DNA of 64,000 nt. Origin: Spirochaetota bacterium. Lineage in GTDB: Bacteria; Spirochaetota; UBA4802; UBA5550. This document shows positions 27,218 through 37,400 of the stretch, in pieces. The position numbers and the translations under genes are program-made. How positions within the stretch are numbered: the stretch's first letter is position 1; the number at the start of each line of letters is the position of its first letter. The notes below the pieces were generated by a model. The model saw nothing but the letters and a program-made list of their open reading frames with translations, was not told the origin of the DNA and made no database searches. Where the stretch lies: NCBI GenBank assembly GCA_963664815.2, contig CAXXHB010000003.1:192001-256000 (forward strand), written 5' to 3'.

Positions 27218-28960
27218 ATGAAAAAGAGAATACTTCTGGTTTATCCGGAAAATCCTTTGACCTACTGGAGCTTTAAATATGCGCTGAAATTTGTTAATAA
27301 AAAGGCTGCCATGCCGCCGCTTGGCCTCATGACAGTTGCGGCAATACTGCCGCAGGAATATGATATCAGGCTGATTGATCTCAACGTGAAACAGCTTCAC
27401 GATAAGGATATAGAATGGGCCGACATTGTATTTCTCTCTGCCATGATTGTACAGAAAGATTCATTCAGCGAAGTAGTGAAGCGATGCAACAATGCAGGTG
27501 TGCCGGTAGCTGCAGGCGGTCCATACCCATCGTCCTCTTATGAAATTATCAGCGGTGTTGATTATTTTATACTGGATGAGGGTGAGATAACAATCCCCCG
27601 CTTTGTTCAGGACTGGGAAAACGGAAATCCGGCGCATATTTACCGTGCCGATGAAAAACCGGACCTGTCACTTTCACCCGCTCCAAGGTATGACATTATT
27701 GACGTGAACAATTACACATCAATGGCAATACAGAATTCACGCGGTTGCCCGTTTTCATGCGAGTTCTGCGATATAATCAAGATGTTCGGCCGTAAGCCAA
27801 GGTTGAAAACTCCGGGGCAGTTTATAGCGGAGATGGATACTGTTTACAATACAGGATTCCGCGGATCGGTCTTTATAGTAGATGACAATTTTATAGGGAA
27901 CACACGTGAAGTGAAAATCCTTCTGAAGGAGATAGCGCTGTGGCAGACAAAGCATTTCTATCCCTTTACGTTTTATACAGAGTCGAGCATTAATCTTGCG
28001 GCAGAGGAAGAGATTCTGGATCTTATGGTTCAATGCTGCTTCACCATGGTCTTTCTTGGAGTGGAGACTCCGGATGAAAATACTCTTACGGCAATCAACA
28101 AGGGTCAGAATGTCCGCTTTAATGTTTTTGAAAGCATAAAGAAGATCCAGTCGAAAGGTATAGAGGTGACCTCCGGATTTATTGTAGGCTTTGATACGGA
28201 TACGGATGATATATTTCAGAGGCAGATAGATTTTATCCAGCGTGCCGGAATACCGATGGCTATGATCGGTATCCTTATGGCCCTGCCGGGAACGGAATTA
28301 TACCGCAGACTGGAGAGAGAGGGGAGACTGCTCGATGAATCGAGCGGAAACAATACCAACAACCTGGAACTGAATTTTATACCGGTAATGGAAGCATCAA
28401 AGCTTGTTGCCGGATATAAAAAAGTACTGGGAGAAATTTACAACCCGAAGAAATATTTTGAAAGAACGCTGACATTCCTGTCGCGGGTGCCGGCAGATAA
28501 ACATATTGTGCATCGGGTTGAAAAGGGGGATCTTGCTGCATTCGGCAGATCGTTCCTAACACAGACATTCTCACGGTATGGTTTCAGATATCTGTCTTTT
28601 CTTTTTAAGGCAGCGCTGTTTTATACAGATAATTTCGCACTTGCAGTCAACATCGCCGTAAAGGGGCATCATTTTTTTACCATTACACGGTTAACCCTGG
28701 CGACGGATGAGTTTAATTCATATGCGGCCAGAGTTACTGCCAGGTTTGAATCCAGGCTGATGAAAAAAACAGAGCGGGGAAGGATTATTCCTGCGTACAT
28801 TAATTTATGTTCTGAACTGGCAAAAAAACAGATAATGAGAAAATACAGGAGTATGACAATAATTGTACACGATCTCTCATGGTATGAATACCAGGAATTT
28901 ATAAGAAAGATTGATGCCGTTGCTGAAGCGTACAGGTTAATGGTGGCATTCCCGGTATAA
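27218..28960 (+). CDS. B12-binding radical SAM protein (DUF4070-type C-terminus)
   Basis: PPLGL.TVAA..P, AGGPY cobalamin-binding region, SRGCPFSCEFC, VDDNFIGN, GFIVGFD. Confidence 0.9.
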   Translation: MKKRILLVYPENPLTYWSFKYALKFVNKKAAMPPLGLMTVAAILPQEYDIRLIDLNVKQLHDKDIEWADIVFLSAMIVQKDSFSEVVKRCNNAGVPVAAGGPYPSSSYEIISGVDYFILDEGEITIPRFVQDWENGNPAHIYRADEKPDLSLSPAPRYDIIDVNNYTSMAIQNSRGCPFSCEFCDIIKMFGRKPRLKTPGQFIAEMDTVYNTGFRGSVFIVDDNFIGNTREVKILLKEIALWQTKHFYPFTFYTESSINLAAEEEILDLMVQCCFTMVFLGVETPDENTLTAINKGQNVRFNVFESIKKIQSKGIEVTSGFIVGFDTDTDDIFQRQIDFIQRAGIPMAMIGILMALPGTELYRRLEREGRLLDESSGNNTNNLELNFIPVMEASKLVAGYKKVLGEIYNPKKYFERTLTFLSRVPADKHIVHRVEKGDLAAFGRSFLTQTFSRYGFRYLSFLFKAALFYTDNFALAVNIAVKGHHFFTITRLTLATDEFNSYAARVTARFESRLMKKTERGRIIPAYINLCSELAKKQIMRKYRSMTIIVHDLSWYEYQEFIRKIDAVAEAYRLMVAFPV

Positions 28961-29071
28961 TAATTATACCGGATACACCATGCTGATTTATTTTTTTAAT
29001 TGAGGATATATATCCTGAAGATAATTTTTTAATACTCCCTTACATTCTGTTTAACAAACAATTGTTTTAAC

Positions 29072-29095
29072 AGACAATACAATAGACAATACAAT
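29072..29095. repeat. 12-bp tandem duplication
   Basis: AGACAATACAAT x2. Confidence 0.75.
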
Positions 29096-29132
29096 AAAGA
29101 AGAGAGGCATATCTGGCCTCTCTTCTTTATTG
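29092..29132. terminator. Terminator hairpin between convergent genes
   Basis: CAATAAAGAAGAGAGGC / GCCTCTCTTCTTTATTG, perfect 17-bp arms. Confidence 0.8.
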
Positions 29133-29155
29133 GTGACTTTATTGGCAAAACAACG

Positions 29156-29183
29156 ACCACCCGCCTGGCGGGTGGTACTGATT
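29156..29183. mobile_element. GC hairpin resembling an IS200/IS605 end (remnant)
   Basis: ACCACCCGC-CTG-GCGGGTGGT followed by ACTGATT; no tnpA nearby. Confidence 0.35.
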
Positions 29184-29201
29184 ATAAGAACAGTTTTTAA
29201 A

Positions 29202-30326
29202 TTACCATACTATACCGGTTGAAACATTAACAGCCGCGCCGTTGTCTATCGGATACCATGTGGCACTTAGATCTATTGGAAGTGGTCCAAGGCATATGCC
29301 GAGGCCGCCGGTTAACCTTGCATGTGCAAGCGACGGATTGCCGTCTGTTCCGGCATCGATTACAACACTGCCGGGAGTACCCGCAGTGCCATCGTTTGAT
29401 GTTGCAAGCTCTGTGTGTGAACTGTCGTAAACTTTTAAGCCTGTTGTAGAGTTCATAACGACTTCCGACTGTCCGAACATAAAATCAACTCCTGCACCGA
29501 GTGTCAGGTTGAATATCCAGAGTAATCTTATGGATGTAGATATATCAAGCGGAATGGTATAGCTGGTTACATCGATGCCGAAGGTTGCTTTCGGTTCAAG
29601 TCCAATATAGTATGGACCCCCTGTCGCGGTAATAGCTTCAGTATATTCACGGTCAAGAGTGAGAGTCATATCTATTTTGTTTGAGTTGTACAGAAGGCCT
29701 GATCCAACGGATATCCCTGTCCATTTAAATGCTTTAAATCTGTCCCCGCCCCTGTCAACAAGCTGGTAGTTTAAGCCGAAACCGAAGGTTGTTGCATCAA
29801 AGGAGTAATCACCTGCATCCACCGAGTATGTAAAGTACTTAACATTGAAGTATATGCGGTTTCCATTTAAACCGAGCAGTTTTGACATATTTAACCCGAG
29901 GTTAAATGCTGATCCAACCCCGGCGCCTGCATCTGTATCTTTATCTTTTTTTATATCATTGCTCATCTGGTCAATAGCGTCTGCAGAGAGTGATGGAAGC
30001 TCTATAGCGATAGATCCGCCAGCCATAAAGGCAAAAAGATCATACCCCTGGTAGCCGTCCAGAGAAGCAGCCCGTGATGCAAATCCAACAGAATTGCCGA
30101 AACCCTTTGCAAGTTTATCCTGGGTACCAAGGGACAGGTCGGATATAATATCAGTGTTCAAACTACCTGAAGTATTGTAAGTTGAAAGTGCAGTGTTTAT
30201 TGCATTATAACCAGAAACTGATGAATTAACTTGCGGTACAGTTATTGTTACCGTTACCTTGGCAGAAAGACTCCCCGCTGATACGAGCAAAAGCAGTATC
30301 AGAAAAATGCCTGTTATTTTTTTCAT
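29202..30326 (-). CDS. Outer-membrane beta-barrel-type protein, Lsa36-like
   Basis: Signal peptide MKKITG..SLSA, FKWTGISVGSGL and SYTIPLDISTSIRLLWIFNL.LGAGVD strands, C-terminal aromatic residue (GIVW). Confidence 0.7.
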   Translation of the reverse strand: MKKITGIFLILLLLVSAGSLSAKVTVTITVPQVNSSVSGYNAINTALSTYNTSGSLNTDIISDLSLGTQDKLAKGFGNSVGFASRAASLDGYQGYDLFAFMAGGSIAIELPSLSADAIDQMSNDIKKDKDTDAGAGVGSAFNLGLNMSKLLGLNGNRIYFNVKYFTYSVDAGDYSFDATTFGFGLNYQLVDRGGDRFKAFKWTGISVGSGLLYNSNKIDMTLTLDREYTEAITATGGPYYIGLEPKATFGIDVTSYTIPLDISTSIRLLWIFNLTLGAGVDFMFGQSEVVMNSTTGLKVYDSSHTELATSNDGTAGTPGSVVIDAGTDGNPSLAHARLTGGLGICLGPLPIDLSATWYPIDNGAAVNVSTGIVW

Positions 30327-30515
30327 TGTAAACCTCATATTTGTTTTTTTATATATATTTAAATGATAATAATTCACTATTTTAAATTCGTCAATAATTT
30401 ATTTAAAATACACTTTATTGGTTATACACTTTGTCGGAGATGTGATGATTAATCGGTATTTTTATAAATTCAGTTTAAATAGATCCATGTTATGAATGAA
30501 GAGGGTGTTTTAGAA

Positions 30516-30545
30516 TTGACATTTTAGAAGTATAGCCGCTATAAT
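30516..30545 (+). promoter_or_regulatory. Consensus sigma70-type promoter at the head of the signalling island
   Basis: TTGACA (30516-30521), 18-bp spacer, TATAAT (30540-30545). Confidence 0.75.
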
Positions 30546-30753
30546 AAGTAGTTCCGGTTAATTACAGGCAATAATTCGGAAGTGTTCAATTACAGTTGAA
30601 TTCTTCCTTCGCCTGGATGTGGAGATCCTCTGTTTTTTTATGGTCATTTTCTGTTATAACAGCGGGTGTCTTTTTTTTATCACCGGTAATTAAAATAATG
30701 TTTTGGAGTATTTTCTCTGTCAGAAATGAATCTGTGTACAGCAGGTAATAAAA

Positions 30754-33700
30754 ATGTCTGATATTATAAATAAAAAAAGACTTACTATTGAGGAAGAGAG
30801 ATTTACCTTTTTTGACAGGTATGCAATTCAGCAGGAAACAATATCGGAAATATCAAATTCCCCCATTTTTGTTTCAGGAGAAATTAATCAGCTGGCTTTA
30901 CTGATAACCGTGAAAGCATCAAAAGCCCTGGGTGTAGACAGGGCTGCAATCTCTCTTTTTGATGAATCCGGCGATAATCTCAGATGTATTGACCTCTTTG
31001 ATTCATCAACGGGGAAACATTCTTCAGGCGAGGTTATATTAAGGGATGTATATGAGAAAAGATTCAGAGATCTTGGCACGTCAAGGTACATTATAATTGA
31101 TGATATTCCGAATGACCGTGAGCATACGGAGTATATCGGGTATTATCTCAAACCGCGCAGTATAGAATCAATACTTATATCAACAATTAAAATTGCCGGG
31201 AAGACAGCCGGAGTGTTATCGCTCGGTTATGTGAACAGGAAACATAAATGGCATAATGATGAAATTATTTTTTCCTGCCAGCTTGCCGACCAGATGTCAA
31301 TTGGAATACTTAACAGCGGGTGTATAACATCAGAGAGCATTCTCCGGGAGAAGGAGAATACCCTTAACAGTATTTTCAAAGCATCGCCTGCCGGCATCGG
31401 CCTGGTTCGGGACAGGATGCTTCTTGAGGTAAATGATGCGGTATGCAGAATGACCGGTTATACCAGGGATGAGATTCTTAATCATACATCGAGAAAGCTA
31501 TATTCAACCGGCGAAGAGTATAAACGTGTCTTGTCTCTTGTTGCCGGCCAGTTAACGGATAAAGGGTCGTCTGATCTGGAGACTGAGTGGCGCTGTAAAG
31601 ACGGGAGAAGCCTTAACGTTCTCTTAAGTTCAGTTCCGATTGATATTAAAGATCTTTCAAGAGGATTTACATTTATTGCCCTTGATATAACCGAAAGAAA
31701 GCTGCTGGAAAACAGCCTGAAACAGCGCAATGGCGAGCTTGAAGATCTTAACCGCAGGCTTTTATCGGCATATGATGAACTTGGAACAACCAACAATGAA
31801 CTTAAGTCGGCATATTACGAGCTTGAAGCAACGAACGAAGAGCTCCAGGCAACTCTTGAAGAGCTTGAATCTTCAAACGAGGAGCTTGTTGAGGCCAATG
31901 ACCTGCTTGTTACAAGCGAGGAGCGGTACAGGTCTATTGTCGAAAATACCCATGGCGGAATAATGATTATCAATGACAGCTCTGTTATTACATTTGTAAA
32001 TGACGGATTGTGCAGTGTTATCGGGTATTCTACGGAGGAGATGATCAACTCCAGGTTTAACAGATTCATAAGAGTTGAAGAGCGTGAAGAGGTGACAGAA
32101 AGGTTTTTTTCCCGGCTGAGGGGTGAAGATGAATCATCTGTTAACGAGCTTACTTTCATAAGAAAAGACGGAGTCCCGAGGATAGCCGAGACGAGAATAT
32201 CCACCTATGCCGATTCTCTGGGAAGGATTTATACCGTAGTCCATATTCTGGATATAACAGCCAGGAAAGAGGCTGAGAGGGAGCTTCGCGAGAGCGAACT
32301 GCGCTACAGGAAGATGTTTGATGATCACAGGGCCATTATGCTCCTTATTGATCCGGATAACGGGATGATTATGTCAGCAAACGATTCAGCTGTTGAATTT
32401 TACAGATACACCCGCCATGAACTGCTTAATATGAATGTCTCTGATATTAATACACTCCCCTACAGTGAGATTATTCATGATATCCGCCATGCCCTGACAA
32501 AAGAGAGGAATTTTTTTACTTTTACTCACAGACTTTCAAACGGTGAAGTTCGTGAAATAGAGGATTTCTGTTCCGGTATAACAATCGGGAACAAAAAAAT
32601 GCTGTTTTCAATTATACATGATATTACAGAGAAAAAAGCTCTTGAGGCAAAGATTAATGAGGGGGAGGAGATCTTAAGGAATCTTATTGATGCATCACCT
32701 GCTGCGATTATTATTTATCAGGGGGAGAGGCTGGTTTTTGTAACACGCTCCGGAGAAGAGCTGACCGGCTACTCGAAAGATGAATTATACGGGATGAACT
32801 TCATTGATATGGTAGCTCCCGAGTTCAGGGCGGATGTAATGAAGAAATCTGTCAGGCGTCAGATGCGCAAAAGCCAGTCAGTTCCCTATGAAATCAGGAT
32901 AATTTCAAAAAATGGAGTTTTAAAGTGGGTATCGGTCAAAGGGGCGCCGGTACAGTATAACGGCCTGCCCTCTGTGATTATTTCGGTAATGGAGATAACA
33001 AAACGGAAAAAAACAGAGGAATCCCTGATCAAGACAATAAGGCAGCTTGAAGAATCGGTGCAGAGAGCAAACACCCTTGCGGTTCAGGCTGAATCGGCGA
33101 ACATGGCTAAAAGCCAGTTTCTGGCCAATATGAGCCATGAGATAAGGACACCGATAAACGGCGTAATTGGAATGCTCGGCCTCCTGCTTGATACCAGCCT
33201 TAACCCGATGCAGAGAAAATATGTGGAGGTAGCGGAGTCCAGCAGTGATATGCTGCTGACCATAATTAATGAAATTCTTGACCTTTCAAAGATTGAGTCT
33301 GAAAAATTCAGGCTTGAAAAACATGACTTCAATCTGAAGAACCTTGTGGAGAGCGTTACTGAAATGCTTTCCGTCAGGGCTGATGTAAAATCTCTCTCCC
33401 TGGTGTCATCCATAGACTCTGATGTGCCTCTCCTGCTCAATGGCGATTCTGACCGCATTAAACAGGTGCTGATAAATCTTACGCATAACGCGGTCAAGTT
33501 TACAGAGAGGGGCGGTGTTTCTGTGAATGTTTCACTTGAAAAGGAGACAAAAGCGAATGCCAGGCTTCTCATCTCTGTGCGGGATACGGGAATAGGCATT
33601 CCGGCAGAGAGTGTAAAGGATATCTTCAACCCTTTTACACAGGGTGACGGCGCCATGTCGAGGAAATACGGCGGGACAGGGCTTGGACTTGCCATTTCAA

Positions 33701-34263
33701 AAAAAATAGCTGAAAACATGGGCGGGGATATTGATGTTGAGAGTGTTCCCGGAGAGGGGTCTCTGTTCCGCTTCAGGGTGACTCTTGAGAAGCAGAAGCG
33801 ATCAGAGCAGGTTAAATACAGTATTGATCAGCCGGGCAATGCACACTTTGACAGGGAGAATGTAAAAATACTCCTTACCGAGGATAATGAAATAAACCGC
33901 CATGTTGCTATGGCAATGCTGACCAGGCTTGGATACAGACCGGATTATGCGGTTAACGGCTCCGAGTGCATAGAGGCTTTGAAAAAGAATGATTATCATA
34001 TTGTATTTATGGACTGCCAGATGCCTGATATGGACGGGTGCGAGGCTACAAGAATTATCAGGGGGGGGGGATCGGGGGCATTGAATCCTGATATAGTCAT
34101 TATCGCGCTGACCGCTCATGCAATGGACGGGTATCGGGATATATGTGTATCAGCGGGGATGAACGATTATCTTTCAAAGCCTGTAAAACGTAAGGATCTT
34201 GATGATATGATAAAGAGGTGGGTGCCTGAACTCTCAGGAGACCGGTTTAAGGGGGCAGAGTAG
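30754..34263 (+). CDS. Hybrid histidine kinase: GAF-PAS-coiled coil-3xPAS-HisKA-HATPase-REC
   Basis: [47 protein letters not shown]. Confidence 0.93.
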   Translation: MSDIINKKRLTIEEERFTFFDRYAIQQETISEISNSPIFVSGEINQLALLITVKASKALGVDRAAISLFDESGDNLRCIDLFDSSTGKHSSGEVILRDVYEKRFRDLGTSRYIIIDDIPNDREHTEYIGYYLKPRSIESILISTIKIAGKTAGVLSLGYVNRKHKWHNDEIIFSCQLADQMSIGILNSGCITSESILREKENTLNSIFKASPAGIGLVRDRMLLEVNDAVCRMTGYTRDEILNHTSRKLYSTGEEYKRVLSLVAGQLTDKGSSDLETEWRCKDGRSLNVLLSSVPIDIKDLSRGFTFIALDITERKLLENSLKQRNGELEDLNRRLLSAYDELGTTNNELKSAYYELEATNEELQATLEELESSNEELVEANDLLVTSEERYRSIVENTHGGIMIINDSSVITFVNDGLCSVIGYSTEEMINSRFNRFIRVEEREEVTERFFSRLRGEDESSVNELTFIRKDGVPRIAETRISTYADSLGRIYTVVHILDITARKEAERELRESELRYRKMFDDHRAIMLLIDPDNGMIMSANDSAVEFYRYTRHELLNMNVSDINTLPYSEIIHDIRHALTKERNFFTFTHRLSNGEVREIEDFCSGITIGNKKMLFSIIHDITEKKALEAKINEGEEILRNLIDASPAAIIIYQGERLVFVTRSGEELTGYSKDELYGMNFIDMVAPEFRADVMKKSVRRQMRKSQSVPYEIRIISKNGVLKWVSVKGAPVQYNGLPSVIISVMEITKRKKTEESLIKTIRQLEESVQRANTLAVQAESANMAKSQFLANMSHEIRTPINGVIGMLGLLLDTSLNPMQRKYVEVAESSSDMLLTIINEILDLSKIESEKFRLEKHDFNLKNLVESVTEMLSVRADVKSLSLVSSIDSDVPLLLNGDSDRIKQVLINLTHNAVKFTERGGVSVNVSLEKETKANARLLISVRDTGIGIPAESVKDIFNPFTQGDGAMSRKYGGTGLGLAISKKIAENMGGDIDVESVPGEGSLFRFRVTLEKQKRSEQVKYSIDQPGNAHFDRENVKILLTEDNEINRHVAMAMLTRLGYRPDYAVNGSECIEALKKNDYHIVFMDCQMPDMDGCEATRIIRGGGSGALNPDIVIIALTAHAMDGYRDICVSAGMNDYLSKPVKRKDLDDMIKRWVPELSGDRFKGAE
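34061..34070 (+). repeat. G10 homopolymer inside the receiver coding region
   Basis: Ten consecutive G, in frame (RGGG). Confidence 0.9.
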
Positions 34264-34447
34264 TGAACACTGCTGCATCCTGAACAGATTAAAGGCTCTG
34301 TATTACACATCACTGCCCGCAGGAAGCCGGCGGGCGGGGAAACTTTCATGCCTGTTTTTGCATGTTTCACTTTAAATTTGACTGATCTGCATTTTATAGC
34401 TATTTTACCCTTCAGGACAGTTCTATGATTATTCGCGGAGTAACTGA

Positions 34448-37400
34448 ATGAGCATTGATAGGGAAAAAACGCTCCTTCTTGTGGAGGATGAGCCTGTTAT
34501 AGCCATGGTAACCGCTAAAATGCTGAAACGGAGCGGATATGAAGTTATTATTGCTTATAACGGCAGTATGGCTGCCGATATGGCTTTATCCGATCTTTCT
34601 ATTGATCTTATTCTTATGGATATAGATCTGGGGGGGGGAATAAACGGTCCCGAAGCAGCGCGAAGAATTCTCGGGAAACGGAATATTCCTATTGTTTTTC
34701 TTACCTCTCACTCTGAACAGGAAATAGTTGAAATGGTAAGAGAAATCACCCGTTACGGGTATGTAATAAAAAACTCAGGGGACTTTGTACTTCTCTCTTC
34801 AATAGAGATGGCCTTTGAGCTTTTTGATTCCCACGAAAGATTAAAGGCTTCAGCAGATACTCTCAGGATAAGCGAGGAAAAAGTCAGATCCAAGCTTGAC
34901 AGCATTCTGTCTCCCGAAGGAGATATCGGGGATCTTGATCTGGCCGATATAGTTGATATTAAAATGCTCCAGTCAATAATTGATGACTTCCATTCCCTGT
35001 TTGAGATCGGCGTTGCCATTGCAGACCTTAAGGGGAATATTGTTGCTTCGTCTGGATGGCAGGATATCTGCCGCAAATTTCACAGGACAAATCCGGAAAC
35101 ATTGAGAAACTGTATAGAAAGCGATAACGCCGCGGCTGTAAAGACGGAAGCGGGCAAGTACTATCTCTACAAATGTAAAAACAACATATGGGACATGACT
35201 ACCCCTATTGAGGTAGGGGGAAAACATATAGGAAATCTTTTCCTCGGCCAGTTTCTTTTCATGAATGAAGAGATAGATTTTAACCTCTATCGTTCACAGG
35301 CAAAGAGATACGGATTTAACGAGAGTGAATATATAAAAGCGCTGGAACGTGTTCCAAGGTTCAACGAGGAAGTAATCCATATAGCGATGACATTTTATAT
35401 TAAATTTGCCGGTATTATTTCCAGGCTCAGTTACAGCAATATCAAGCTTGCAAAAACTCTGGCGGAAAGGGATCATTTTTCATCTCTTCATAAAGAGGTT
35501 GAAACGCAGTTGAGTAATGTCACCGAGCACATGGTTGACCTTGTGGCAAGGCTTGACAGTGAAGGTTTTTTCAAATATGCATCCCCATCTTTTAAAAAAG
35601 TTTTAGGTTTCAGACCGGAGGAACTGGCAGGGACCTGGGCGCCTGAAATTTTTCATCCATCCAGCAGGGAAAAAAATATAAAGGAAATTACTGCAATATG
35701 TAAAGCAGGCAAGGGATTTGCTGAGTTCAGGCAGAGATGCAGGGATGGTACATACCGCTGGTTTGAGGCGACAGGGGTGTACATATATAATGAAAAGGGG
35801 CAGATCACTGGTTCGGTACTGGGGGCAAGGGATATCACCGAAAAGAAGATAGCGGAGAGGAGATTAAGAAAAAAAGACAAGCAGTATGGTGAACTTTTTG
35901 AAAGGATGATAGACGGCTTTGCCCTGCATGAAATTGTCGTTGATGACTGGGGTAATCCGGTGGATTATATTTTTCTTGAAGTGAACCCGGCTTTTGAAAA
36001 ATATACCGGGCTGAATGCGGCAGAAATAACCGGGAAAAGAGTAAGGGAGGTAATACCGGGTATTGAATTTTACTGGATTGAAACGTATGGACGGGTGGCG
36101 CTTAAAGGGGAACAGATTACATTTGAGAATTACACCAGCCCTCTTAACAGATGGTATAAAGTAACCGCCTACTCTCCGGAAAGAGGAATCTTCGCAACAA
36201 TATTTGAGGACATTACTGACCGTAAAAGGGGTGAAGAACTTTTACGGGAGAGGGATGAACGGTATAAACGGATCTTCGAATCAGTAGTGGGGTATGTCTA
36301 CACGGTATATATTGAAAACAAAATTCCTGTCAGGACGGTACATGGCCCTGGATGCGAGGTTATAACGGGTTATGCTCCTGATGATTTTATCAGGGACCCG
36401 GAATTATGGTATAAAGTCATATATCCTGACGACAGGGGGCGAGTGATTTTATTTGCTTCGGATATTATTCATAAAGGAATTTTTTCTCCGATAGAACATC
36501 GCATTATATGCCGTGACGGAACTGTCCAGTGGGTAAGGAACACCCCTGTTCCGCATTATAACGAAAATAATGAGCTCATTGAGTACGACAGCGTTATTGC
36601 GGAGATTACTGATTACAGAAATGTTGTGGAATCGCTGAAGAAGAGTGAAGAGATGTTATGGAATATTATAAATTCATCCCCGGACTTTGTGTATGTCAAG
36701 GATACCGATCTTAAACTTGTCATGTGTAATGAAGCCTATGCCTCATCCCTGAATAAAAAAGCGCATGAACTTGCCGGAAAAACCGATGCCGAATGCGGCT
36801 GGAGTGAAGATTATGTTAAAGGCAATATACAGAAGGGAATCAGGGGATTTGAACCGGATGATCTTCGCGTGCTTAACGGGGAGAAGATCACTGCACAGAT
36901 CGGACCTGTTTTAATAAAAGGGAGAACCCGTTATTTTGAGACAATAAAAGTTCCTGTATATACAGAGGGTAAAGTTGCCCACCTGCTTGGAATAAGCAGG
37001 GATATCACCGACCATATGGCTGCCAGCCACGAAAAGCATGCGGTGATTGATCTTTTCCGTATTATAAACTCAAGCGGTGATACTCATAGTCTGATGAAAT
37101 CGGTTTTATATTTTCTTAAAAAGTGGTCAGGGTGTGAGGCCGTGGGGATACGTCTGCGCGAAGGGGATGATTATCCATATTTTGAAACGGAGGGTTTCCC
37201 GGGGGAGTTTATCAGACTGGAAAATAACCTCTGCGCGCGCGATTCCAGTGGAAGCCTGATGCATGACGATAAGGGGGATCCCTTTCTTGAGTGCATGTGC
37301 GGAAACATTATCTGCGGCAGGTTTGATCCTTCAAAATCCTTTTTTACAGAACACGGGAGTTTCTGGTCAAATTGTACAACAGACCTGCTCAGTTCTACAA

